Below, one piece after another: positions 1-11,019 of a stretch of 64,000 nucleotides of DNA. The DNA comes from an uncultured Gemmatimonadales bacterium (GTDB taxonomy: Bacteria > Gemmatimonadota > Gemmatimonadetes > Gemmatimonadales > GWC2-71-9). The translations under genes and the position numbers were made by a program. Under the pieces are notes generated by a model, which saw only the letters and a list, made by a program, of their open reading frames with translations, was not told the origin of the DNA and did no database searches. Position 1 is the first letter of the stretch, and each line of letters starts with the position of its first letter. The stretch is taken from the NCBI GenBank assembly GCA_963740175.1, contig CAVUDL010000006.1, forward strand, positions 31,067 to 95,066, in the 5' to 3' direction.

Positions 1-37
1 CTGATCCGGGAATGCCCCATAACCTGTTGTGGTGTCT

Positions 38-61
38 GCTGCCCCGCTGCCCCGCTGCCCC
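38..61. repeat. Tandem octamer array (GCTGCCCC)x3 abutting the ettA stop codon
   Basis: Read directly: gctgcccc three times at 38-61; ettA stop (tta on + strand) at 63-65. On the ettA sense strand this is GGGGCAGC x3. The same unit recurs near 25.3, 35.8, 53.0, 58.2 and 59.8 kb. Confidence 0.9.
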
Positions 62-62
62 C

Positions 63-1741
<1,679 letters not shown>

Positions 1742-1782
1742 AGGGATGGGAAGATAAGGGAGTCATTGCGAGGCGTGCGAAG

Positions 1783-1813
1783 CAAAAAAAGGGCGCTCCA
1801 GCGGGAGCGCCCT
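1783..1813 (-). terminator. Rho-independent terminator downstream of the SWIB gene
   Basis: Perfect 10-bp stem AGGGCGCTCC / GGAGCGCCCT (1790-1799 and 1804-1813) with loop AGCG. The A7 run at 1784-1790 on the + strand becomes a U-tract after the stem on the minus strand. It lies 25 nt after the stop at 1838. Confidence 0.75.
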
Positions 1814-1837
1814 TGCAACTGCCCCGGCGAAGCCGGT

Positions 1838-2206
1838 CTAGCTGAGGTTCTGGTTCGCGATCTTGGCGAGATCGAACATTGTCACCTGGCTCCTGCCATT
1901 GAAGAGCGGGCGGAGCTTCTCGTCGGCGTTGATCGCGCGGCGGTTCTTGGCATCCTGCAGACCGTTCCGCTTGATGTACGCCCAGAGCTTGCTGATGACC
2001 TGGGTGCGCGGCATGGAGTTACTGCCGATGACGGCGGCGAGCTTGGCGCTGGGCTGCAAGGGTCTTCATGAACGCGGGATTCGGCGCGCGCTTCTTCCCG
2101 AGGACTTCTTGGTGGCTCTCTTTGCCGTCTTCTTGCGGGCGGCCGGTCGCTTGGCGGACTTCTTGGCGGATTTCTTCCTGCCGGCAGTCTTCTTTCTGGT
2201 GGCCAT
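1838..2206 (-). CDS. SWIB/MDM2-domain protein with Lys/Ala-rich histone-H1-like N-terminal tail; two apparent frameshifts
   Basis: ORF 1838..2059 is a SWIB-type domain (LAAVIGSNSMPRTQVISKLWAYIKRNGLQD...LRPLF). The tail MATRKKTAGRKKSAKKSAKRPAARKKTAKRATKK lies in ORF 2066..2254, and the linker KKRAPNPAFMKTL is in a third frame. Confidence 0.7.
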
Positions 2207-2441
2207 GCAGTGTCTCCCTGGATGAGTGAGAACTGTGCTGTGCCTCGGAACCAATGAGAACTACCGTGATCAACAGTAAGCAGACTGCGCTCTGATGCAA
2301 TAGGGAAATGGCAATTTCCCCTCTGAGAACCCAGCAGGGCTGCTGGCGAGACACCCCCGGTCCGGGGGTCGGCGGTGGTATTTTGCAGAGGAGGAACCGA
2401 CCCGGAATGCCGCAGGTTTTCGCTCTTTCACCGGTGTCGAT

Positions 2442-3728
2442 ATGAACCTCACACACTTCAATCTCTGGCCCGCCGCACTGGCTGCTGGCGCCGCTCGCTC
2501 TGGTTCTGGGAACGGGCATTTCCCCTCTGAAAAACGCGAAATGCGATGCCGATAACGGTGGCCTCGTGCTGCCCGAAGGCTTCTGCGCCACCCTCGTGGC
2601 GAGCCAGCTCGGGCCGGTGCGCCAGCTGGCTGTCGGCGCCGAACGGTGACCTTTACGCGGCGTTGAGCGGGAAGCCGGGCGACGCCACCGGCGGGATACT
2701 GGCCTTCAGAGACCGCGATGGCGACGGCAAGCCGGACGAGCGCGCCAGCTTCGGCCCCGGCGGGGGCAACGACGTCAAGCTTCATAACGGCTATCTGTAC
2801 TTTGCGCTCAACGACCGGGTGGTACGCTACCAGCTCAGCGGGGGAAAGCTCGAGCCCGGCGGGAAAGAGGAGGTCGTGGTCTCGGAGCTTCCCAGCGACG
2901 GTGGGCACATGGCCAAGAGCATTGCCTTCGGCCCGGACGGAGCGATGTACGTGAACATCGGGTCCAAGACGAACAGTTGCCAGAAGACCGACCGGCTTCC
3001 CAGCCTCGCCGGGACATGACCCCTGCACCGAGCTGGAACAGCGGGCAGGCATCTGGCGCTTCTCGGCGGACCGCCCGGGCCAGCGTTTCGCCGACGGCCG
3101 CCGCTTCGCCACTGGCCTCCGCAACGCGATGGCCCTGGCCTCTCAGCCAGGAACCGGCGCGCTCTTCGCCGCGGTCCACGGCCGGGATCAGCTCAGCAGC
3201 AACTGGGGATTCAGCGACAAGGTGAACGCGAACAACCCGGCCGAGGAGCTGGTGCTGGTCGAGCCCAACGGTGATTACGGGTGGCCGTATTGCTACTACA
3301 GCAATCAGTACCGGAAGAAAGTGCTGGCACCCGAGTACGGCGGAGATGGAGAGAAGGTCGGCCGCTGCAGCACCGCCAAGAATCCGTTGGTTGCCTTTCC
3401 CGGCCACTGGGCGCCAATGGCCTTGGCGTTCTACTCCTCTGACGCCTTCGGGCCGAAGTACCGGGGTGGCATGTTCGCCGCGTTCCACGGGTCTTGGAAT
3501 CGCGACCCGCTGCCACAGGCGGGCTACCGGGTGGTGTTCATCCCCTTTGCCAATGGCCGGCCGGCGGGCGAGTACTCCACCTTCGCGACCGACAAGGGAG
3601 GACCCACGGCGCTCCGGGCGAGCGGAGTCGCGGTTGCGCCGGACGGATCGCTCTACATCTCGGCCGATCAGAATGGGAAGATCTGGAGGGTGACGAAGGG
3701 GGATAGCAGCGTGAGCGGTCAGCGGTGA
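2442..3728 (+). CDS. PQQ-dependent sugar (glucose/sorbosone) dehydrogenase-like beta-propeller; several apparent frameshifts, start uncertain
   Basis: Pieces: putative signal peptide from ATG 2442 (MNLTHFNLWPAALAAGAA); DNGGLVLPEGFCATLVASQLGPVRQLAV in another frame; ORF 2546..3019 (PNGDLYAAL...GGHMAKSIAFGPDGAMYVNIGS); and ORF 3129..3728 (DYGWPYCY...VAPDGSLYISADQNGKIWRV). Confidence 0.65.
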
Positions 3729-3775
3729 GCGGGATCGCTCCGGAGTCCGCTTACCGCTTACCGTTACCGCTTACG
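3708..3775. repeat. Inverted short-repeat arrays (GCGTGAGCGG-type left, CCGCTTAC x3-4 right) between convergent genes
   Basis: Left array agcgtgagcggtcagcggtgagcggg at 3708-3733 and right array ccgcttaccgcttaccgttaccgcttacg at 3747-3775. The arrays overlap the last codons of the dehydrogenase (stop 3726-3728) and of thrC (stop at 3764). Confidence 0.85.
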
Positions 3776-5066
3776 TTTTGCCTTGAGGACCCGCTCCACC
3801 TCTCGAAGATCTGCGTCGATCTCGATTGGACGATTGGCGCCCGGCGGCGGCGGGTCGATCTCCTGGTGGTAGCGCAGCAGCAGTCCGGGGTCCTTGAGGA
3901 TGTGGCCGGTGAGGATGGCAACCACCCGGTCACCGGGCTTCATCGTCCCCGCGCCGACCAACTGTCGAATGCCCGCCAGCGTAACCGCGCTGGCGGGCTC
4001 GCAGCCGATTCCGGACGCATCGATGGCCGCCTTGGCTTCCAGCAGCTCGTCATCGGAGGCGGACAGCACCACGCCATCGGTCTCACGAATCGCTCTCCAC
4101 GGCGCGGTCATAGGACGCGGGATCTCCGATTCTGATCGCGCTCGCCACCGTGTCCGCCTTGACGCGGTGCCGCCGGGCAAAGCCTTCGGCAAAGCTGCGT
4201 GCGAAGGGGGCTGCGCCGGCGGCCTGCACCGCCGCCAGCCGGGGCAGCCGTGAGATCAGCCCCCACTCGCGGGCTTCGTGCAGGACTTTGCCGAAGGCGG
4301 CGGTGTTTCCCAGGTTACCAGCCGGCAGGACGATCCAGTCGGGCGGCGCCCACGAGAGCTGCTGGAGCAGCTCGAGGATGATGGTTTTCTGCCCTTCGAT
4401 CCGGAAGGGATTGATGGAGTTGAGCAGATAGACGCCGAGCTGCTCACTGGCCTGCTCGACCAGCCGAAGGCAATCGTCGAAATCTCCCCGCACCAGCAGC
4501 GTCCTCGCGCCGTACGCAAGCGACTGTGCCAGCTTGCCCGTGGCGACGCCATCGAGGGGTACCAGCACCAGCGCCGGTAATCCCGCCTGCGCCGCATAGG
4601 CGGCGAGTGAGGCGGAGGTGTTTCCGGTTGACGCGCAGGCCACCGCGGTGGCACCGATGCGCCTCGCCTGGGTGACGCCCACGGTCATCCCCCGGTCCTT
4701 GAAGGAGCCGGTGGGGTTGTGACCTTCGTGTTTGAGCAGCAGATGATCCACGCCGGCCCAGCGGTCGAGGGCGACCCGGTGCAGCAGGGGGGTGTTTCCC
4801 TCCGGGTGCGACACGACGGTGTCGGCCGAGGGAAGGACGATCTCGCGGAAACGCCAGACCCCGGAGGCGGTGGCGCCGGGCTGCCCGCCGCGCCGCTCGG
4901 TGAACCGCTGGATCAGCTCCGCCGGACTCATCGCCGGCGGCCGGTGGCGAATCTCCAGCAGCCCCCCACAGCTGGCACAGCGCGGGTGCGGATCGGTCTC
5001 CACCACCTCGTTGCCGCAGGCGATGCAGACTTGCCAGCTGGCGGGCCTCGGCGTTTCGAATCTCAT
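3764..5066 (-). CDS. thrC: Threonine synthase; one apparent frameshift near the C-terminal third
   Basis: ORF 4083..5066 has an N-terminal Cys4 ribbon (CIACGN...CASCGG) and a PLP-enzyme core (GSFKDRGMTV). The C-terminal part continues in ORF 3764..4192. The gene sits directly downstream of thrB. Confidence 0.85.
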
Positions 5067-5084
5067 CGGCTGACCCGCCGCGGC

Positions 5085-6019
5085 CTAGCCGACAACCCGG
5101 GCTCCTTCACGGTCGATGCGCGCCACCCGGACCTCACTCCGGTGACCACAATTACTGTACGCTGCCGACATGGCCGCGGCGACACGCTCCCCGACCTCCT
5201 GGCCTTCGACCAGCGCGAACGCGGTGGGACCGCTGCCCGAGATGGAGCTTCCCAGCGCTCCGGCGTCCAGCGCCGCGCGCTTGGCTTCGAGGAACCCGGG
5301 CAGCAGCGGTGCGCGGACCGGCTCGGCGATCCGGTCATCGATGGCGCGACCCAATAGCGCGTAGTCACCAGACGCCAGCGCTGCGACGATCGCCCCGACC
5401 TGCGCCGCCTGATACACCGCCGCCTCCCGATCGACCTGGGAGGGAAGGACTCTCCGAGCCTCCGCCGTACGCAGCTGCTGGTGGGGACGCACGACGACGA
5501 CGCGTAGCCGCTCCGGCACCGGCAGCTCGATGAGGTCCAAGGGGTCCAGCGATCGGATCAGCACGATGCCGCCGAGGAGAGACGGGAGCGACGTTGTCGG
5601 CGTGACGCCCCGAGACGCCCTCCTCTGCCTCGAGGGCCGCACTCAGCAGCGCCGCGCGGTCGAGCGGATTCCCGAGCAGTGCATTCACGGCCACCGCAGC
5701 GGCAACCGCCGATGCCGCGCTGCCTCCCTGGCCTCCGGAAAGCGGCAGACCCTTCATCACGGTGAGGCCGATACCCTCGGTCCGGGCGCGCTCGTAGGCC
5801 GACCGGTCCAGCACGGCCCGAGCGGCCAATCCAGCTGTGTGACGGGCAGCATCGGCCGGGAAGATCGCGGTGGCCGGGATCAAGAATCTGAATCCCGGGA
5901 TTCGCGGTCCATTCGGCCCGGACCGTGTCACCCGGGCCGTCCAGCGCCAGTCCCAGGATGTCCAGGCCCGGCCCGATGTTGCCCACGCCCCCCGGGGCGA
6001 ATGCGGCAACTGAGCTCAC
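5085..6019 (-). CDS. thrB: Homoserine kinase (GHMP family); two apparent frameshifts
   Basis: Pieces in three frames: VSSVAAFAPGGVGNIGPGLDILG (frame of 5558..6046), GLPLSGGQGGSAASAVAAAVAVN (frame of 5365..6009), and C-terminal ORF 5085..5642 (GSSISGSGPTAFAL). A GTG start is proposed at 6019. Confidence 0.8.
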
Positions 6020-8534
6020 GATCCCCCGCCAGCCGCAGGATGTCATTGAGCACCCCCGCGGCGGTCACCTCTGCTCCCGCCCCCGGCCCGGTGATGACGA
6101 GTGGGTTGGCCTTGTACCGGTCGGTGACGAACACCAGTTGGTTGTCCGAACCCTTGATCGCGGCGAGCGGACTGGTGGTGGGGACCGTCTGCACCCCAAC
6201 GGCGATCTCGCCGGCCGAAACCGATGCGACGTACCTGAGCACCGATCCTTGCGCGGCCGCGGCATCCACCCGCCGCTGCCACATGGGATCGAGCTCTTCG
6301 AGCCGGGCGAGGAAGTCGGCGAGCGGGAGCGATCGGGCCCACTTGGGCACCAGCGACTCCACCGCGCTCTGCTCCAGCTCGCCCTGGTATCCGAGCAAGC
6401 GGGCGAGAATGAGAGCTTTGCGCGCGACATCCATCCCCGAGAGGTCATCCCGTGGGTCGGGCTCGGTGTAGCCCTTGGCCATGGCGCTTCGCACTGCCCG
6501 CGAAAAGGGGACACCCGCGGAGACCTCGCTCAGCACGTAGCCGAGGGTTCCGGAGAGCAGCCCCTCGATTCGGTTCACCCGGTCGCCCGATTCGACCAGC
6601 TTGTGATACGTATCGATGATCGGCAGGCCGGCGCCGACGGTTGCTTCATGGAGAATGCGTCGTCCCCGCGCCCGGGCCGTCTGCCACAGACCATTGCTCA
6701 CCGTCTGCCGGTCGGCCAGGGGACGCTTATTGGCCAGCACCAGATCCATCCCGTGAGTCAGCGCCTGTTCCAGCGCGGCAACCGTGTCATCGGCCGTGAG
6801 GTCCACGAGCACCGGGCGGGTCAGCGCATAGCCGGCGATATGGGAGACGGCGTCTGCCGCCTTCGCCTGCTGACCCTTCGGCAGATCCGCCAGCCGGCGA
6901 CCCTTGCGCTTCTCGGAGGCGAGCGAGCTCAGCCGCCGCGGGCTGATACCTTCGGGATCGAACACGAACCCAGAGCGATCGATTACAGCCGCCACCCGCA
7001 GGGAGAGAGCAGGTCGGCTGACACGGCTCAACAGCGTGGCAAGGGCTTGGCCGATCTGTCCGAAGCCGAGCAGCACGACCTCCATCTGCTCGGGGCGGAT
7101 CACCGAGCCGCCCGCGATGCGTGACAGCCGGAAGGCAGCATGAATCCGTCGCTGCGCTTCCGCGGCGTCGGCGGCTGACACCACCACCGAGATGTTCAGC
7201 TCCGACGAGCCCTGCGCGATCGCCACGACGTTGAGTCCGCCTGCCGCAAGCGCTCCAAACACTCCCGCCGCCACACCGGGCGTGCCGTGCATTCCCAGTC
7301 CCACCACCGCCACGGTCGCCATTCCCGGGCTCACCTCCACCCCGTCGATCTCCCGCCGGGCGATCTCTCCCTGAAACTCCAGAATCAGGCTGTCGCGGGC
7401 ATCGGTGGCGAAGGCCTCGGGAACGCTGAAACAGATCGAGTGCTCGGACGAGGCCTGCGAGATGAGCGAGACCGAGATTCTCCTGCTGTGCAGCGCAGCG
7501 AAGGTGCGGGCCGCGATGCCGGGCACACCCAGCATGCCATTCCCGGTCACCGTGATCAGCGCCTGCCCACCCGCGGCGGTCAGTGCCTTGACCGGCACCC
7601 GCCCGGGCGCCACCTCTTCCGACACTTCCGTTCCCGGTGAGGCCGGGTCCTCGAACGGCCGCACATAGATCGGAATATGCCGTCCAGCGATCGGGATCAA
7701 AGCGCGCGGGTGGAGCACCTTGGCTCCGTAGTAGGCCAGCTCTGCCGCCTCGCGGGCGTGAAGCTGGGGGATCACCCGGGCATCCGGCACGACGCGCGGG
7801 TCGGCGGTGAGGAGTCCGGGAACATCCTTCCAGAGTGAGACCCGCTCCGCGCCCAGGGCTCGGGCCAGAAGCGTTGCGGTCAGATCGGATCCGCCGCGCC
7901 CGAGTGTGGCCACCTCCCCGTTGGTGGCGGCGCCCAGAAATCCGGGGACCACGGGCACGGTGCCGCGCGCCAGGATCGGCTGCAGCGTCCGCTGAGCCGC
8001 GCGGTCGGTGGCGGCAAAGTCCGGCGCGGCCTGGCCGAAGGCATCATCGGTGTGAATGACCTCGAGGGCGTCTACATACTGGGCCTGGACACTGGCGGCC
8101 TGGAGTGCCGCGGCCAGCAGCCGGGCAGTCAGCCGTTCTCCGCGCGATACCATGTTGTCGCTGGTTCTGGGCGTCAGCTCGCGCAGCTTTCGGAGGCCGG
8201 CGGCGAGCGCCTCCAGCTCCTGAAACGCTTCGCCGATATGCGAGAGCATTTCGGATCGGCCCTTGCCCGCAGGCAGCAGGGTCCGGGCTACCTCCTCGTG
8301 GCGGGTGCGCAGCTCTCCGATCAGGGCCGCAAGGGAGCGCTCGTCACCGGCCCCGGCCTGACGCGCGACGGCGAGCAGCGCGTCGGTCACGCCGGCCATC
8401 GCCGAGACGACCACGACCGTGGGCTCCCGGCGGTGAGTGCGGATGATCTCGACGGCATGGCGGACGGCGGCGGGATCGGCCAGCGAAGCCCCGCCGAACT
8501 TGTGCACGTGCGGCGCGCGGCGGTGTCGTGGCAT
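5928..8534 (-). CDS. thrA: Bifunctional aspartokinase / homoserine dehydrogenase
   Basis: 868-aa ORF with an N-terminal aspartokinase (VHKFGGASL), ACT-like middle region and C-terminal homoserine dehydrogenase (LANKRPLA, ITGPGAGAEVTAAGVLNDILRL). The tail below about 6016 overlaps thrB and is probably created by a 1-nt indel in the C5 run at 6023-6027. Confidence 0.9.
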   Translation of the reverse strand: MPRHRRAPHVHKFGGASLADPAAVRHAVEIIRTHRREPTVVVVSAMAGVTDALLAVARQAGAGDERSLAALIGELRTRHEEVARTLLPAGKGRSEMLSHIGEAFQELEALAAGLRKLRELTPRTSDNMVSRGERLTARLLAAALQAASVQAQYVDALEVIHTDDAFGQAAPDFAATDRAAQRTLQPILARGTVPVVPGFLGAATNGEVATLGRGGSDLTATLLARALGAERVSLWKDVPGLLTADPRVVPDARVIPQLHAREAAELAYYGAKVLHPRALIPIAGRHIPIYVRPFEDPASPGTEVSEEVAPGRVPVKALTAAGGQALITVTGNGMLGVPGIAARTFAALHSRRISVSLISQASSEHSICFSVPEAFATDARDSLILEFQGEIARREIDGVEVSPGMATVAVVGLGMHGTPGVAAGVFGALAAGGLNVVAIAQGSSELNISVVVSAADAAEAQRRIHAAFRLSRIAGGSVIRPEQMEVVLLGFGQIGQALATLLSRVSRPALSLRVAAVIDRSGFVFDPEGISPRRLSSLASEKRKGRRLADLPKGQQAKAADAVSHIAGYALTRPVLVDLTADDTVAALEQALTHGMDLVLANKRPLADRQTVSNGLWQTARARGRRILHEATVGAGLPIIDTYHKLVESGDRVNRIEGLLSGTLGYVLSEVSAGVPFSRAVRSAMAKGYTEPDPRDDLSGMDVARKALILARLLGYQGELEQSAVESLVPKWARSLPLADFLARLEELDPMWQRRVDAAAAQGSVLRYVASVSAGEIAVGVQTVPTTSPLAAIKGSDNQLVFVTDRYKANPLVITGPGAGAEVTAAGVLNDILRLAGDRELSCRIRPGGRGQHRAGPGHPGTGAGRPG

Positions 8535-8613
8535 AGAATCGGGGAGGATAATGGAGCTATGGCCGTTGGCAGGCTAGGAGCTCTGACGCTTGATGCTCGG
8601 CGGAACTACAAAC

Positions 8614-8637
8614 CTAGCAATAGCCAATAGCCCTAGC
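8614..8637. repeat. Short CCAATAG-type heptamer repeat in the thrA / 8655 divergent intergenic region
   Basis: ctagcaatagccaatagccctagc read directly. It uses the same heptamer unit as the arrays at 15753-15870. Confidence 0.7.
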
Positions 8638-8654
8638 TCCCATACTTTCCCTAC

Positions 8655-9173
8655 ATGCTGACCCTGCTCAAGCTCATCCAATCAATCATCAAGACGCTGC
8701 ACTCGGATGGCACGCCGGGGCAGGTTGCGGCCGGCATCGCGATCGGCTCGGTGCTGGGGCTCACGCCGCTGCTGAATCTCCACAACCTCTTCATTTTCTC
8801 CCTGGTGGTGCTGCTCAACGTCAGCTTCGGCGGTGCTATGCTCGGGTGGGCACTCTTTGTTCCGGTGGGGTTTCTTCTCGATCCTCTGTTTCATAGTATC
8901 GGACTCGAGCTTCTGCAGGCTCCCTCGCTGCGTCCCCTCTGGACCACGCTGACCAACACCCCGCTGGTCCCCTACACCAACTTCAACAACACGATCGTGC
9001 TGGGGAGCTTCGTCGGATGGCTGGTGCTGGCGGTGCCCATCTTCTTCGCCGCACGCTACGGCGTGGCGCGCTATCGCGCCACGATCGGCGAGCGGGTCCG
9101 GCGCTCCCGGTTCTACAAGGCCATTACCGCCTCACAGGCGTATAACCTGTACCGCATGTTCCGGCCCAACTGA
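8655..9173 (+). CDS. Small polytopic membrane protein, DUF2062-like / TIGR03546-type (assignment from memory)
   Basis: 172 aa with several hydrophobic segments. The opening MLTLLKLIQSIIKTLHSDGTPGQVAAGIAIGSVLGLTP resembles the family as I recall it. Adjacency to a TIGR03545-like gene supports the call. Confidence 0.5.
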   Translation: MLTLLKLIQSIIKTLHSDGTPGQVAAGIAIGSVLGLTPLLNLHNLFIFSLVVLLNVSFGGAMLGWALFVPVGFLLDPLFHSIGLELLQAPSLRPLWTTLTNTPLVPYTNFNNTIVLGSFVGWLVLAVPIFFAARYGVARYRATIGERVRRSRFYKAITASQAYNLYRMFRPN

Positions 9174-9175
9174 CG

Positions 9176-11009
9176 ATGCAGGTGAAGATCTTTCGCTGGA
9201 AGGCGATCGGCCCGCTGCTGCTGCTGCTCGCGATCATCGCGGTGCTGGCGGTGATTTTCGCCGAGCCGATCGCACAGGACACGACCGAGGAGGCCAGCAC
9301 GGAGCTGCTCGGGACCCAGGTGGATGTCGGGAAGCTGGATCTGCATCCACGGGAATCGGCGGTGGATCTCCGGGCCCTGCAGATCGCCAATCCCTTCATT
9401 CTCACCCAGAACCTGCTGGAGGCCGACGAGATCCGGCTGAAGTTGAATCCCGGCCGCCCTGGCCGAGAAGAAGCTGGTCATCGAGCGACTCAACCTCCGG
9501 GGAATGCGGTTCGGCACCACCCGTAAGACACCGGCCCGGCCGGTGAAAGGCGGCGGCTTCGCTCCCAAGATCCTCCAGTCGGTGCAGCAATGGACCAAGC
9601 AGTTCGACGTGCCGCTGCTGTCGCTCACGCCGATCGACACCATCCGGCAGTTGGCCCTGGATCCCACCCAGCTGACCACCATACGCGAAGCGCAGGCGCT
9701 GGCCGGGCGCACCGATTCCGCGAAACAGGCCCTGGACCAGGGCTTTCAGCAGCTGAACATCAAAGAGACGATCGACTCTGCCAGTGCCCTGGCCCAGCGT
9801 CTCGCCGCGACCGATCCCAAGAAGCTCGGGCTGGAGGGCACCAAGCAGGCAATCGAGTCGGTGCGGGAAACGCTCCGCGAGATCGACGCTGCCAAGAAGC
9901 GAGTGGAGCAGCTGGAGCGGAGCACCCGGGCCGAGCGTGCAGCTTCTGGAGCAGGGCACGCGGGTGCTGGATCAGGCGCGGCAGAAGGACTTCGCGTTTG
10001 CCAAATCGCTGCTGAAGCTCCCGAGCTTTGCCGCGCCCGATATCGGCAGCGCCTTCTTCGGCCAGGTGAGCATCGAGCGTTTCAAGCAGGCGCTCTACTG
10101 GGCCGAGCTGGCGCAGGAGTACATGCCGCCGGGACTGGCGCCGCGGCCGACCTCCGGCCCGCCCGGCTGCGGGCCGCGGGCCACACGATCGAGTTTCCCA
10201 GGGAGAAGGAGTTTCCCCGGTTCCTGCTGGAGCAAGGAACGTTGGACTTTACCATTGGCGGCACCAGCCCGCTCCAGGGCGCCTACGCCGCAACGGTCCG
10301 GGGGGTCACCTCCACGCCTTCTCTCTATGGCCGCCCCACCGTGGTGAGCGCCAGCCGTCGCGCCGGCAGCTCGACGCTGGGATACATCGACGTGGATGCG
10401 GTCATCAACCACGTCACCGCCGCACGGTGGACTCCGCCAGGGCCACCTTCGAGGCGTGAAGCTGCCGTCATTCGCAATTCCCGGGGTTCCTTTCCGGGTG
10501 GATCCCGGCACCGGCACCAGCAATCTCGACTTCACGATGAAGGGTGGCGGGGCGCAGCTCTTCGGGCGCTGGGCGATTTCGTCGCAGCAGGTTCGGTGGA
10601 CCGCAGACACGGCGGGCGCTCGCTGAATGAGATCGAACGGCTGGTGTGGCGGGTGGTCTCTGGTCTGTCCAACCTGCAGGTCGTCGCTGAGCTGAGCGGG
10701 AGCGTGGGCTCACCCAAGCTCTCGGTGCGGAGCAACCTGGATCAGGCCATCGCCGACCGGCTCCAGGCCGTAATCGGCGAGGAGGTGGCGAAGGCCGAGC
10801 GGCTGGTGCGAGCCAAGGTGGACAGCCTGGTGGCCGACAAGGTCGAGCCAGTGAAGCGGCAGATTGCCGCGGTACAGGCCGAGGCGACGCAACGAGTGCA
10901 GGCGGAGCGCAAGCGCCTCGACCAGGTGGAACAGCAGCTGCAGGCGGAGCTCAAGCGGCTCACCGCCGGGCTGGTGCCCGGGCTCGAGTTGCCCAAGATC
11001 AAATTGTAG
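9176..11009 (+). CDS. Large membrane-anchored protein, TIGR03545-like; at least five apparent frameshifts
   Basis: Starts MQVKIFRWKAIGPLLLLLAIIAVLAV (N-terminal anchor). It continues through pieces in the frames of ORFs 9176..9526, 9504..11009, 9784..10347 and 10396..10626. It ends in a coiled-coil (KRQIAAVQAEATQRVQAERKRLDQVEQQLQAELKRL). Confidence 0.5.
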
Positions 11010-11019
11010 AGGACCCTCG

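Noticed and set aside
8535-8654. Possible Thr/Ile-rich leader peptide or attenuator upstream of thrA
   Set aside because: The only mini-ORF I found on the minus strand (MGARAIGYC) has no Thr/Ile run, and no terminator-like hairpin precedes thrA.
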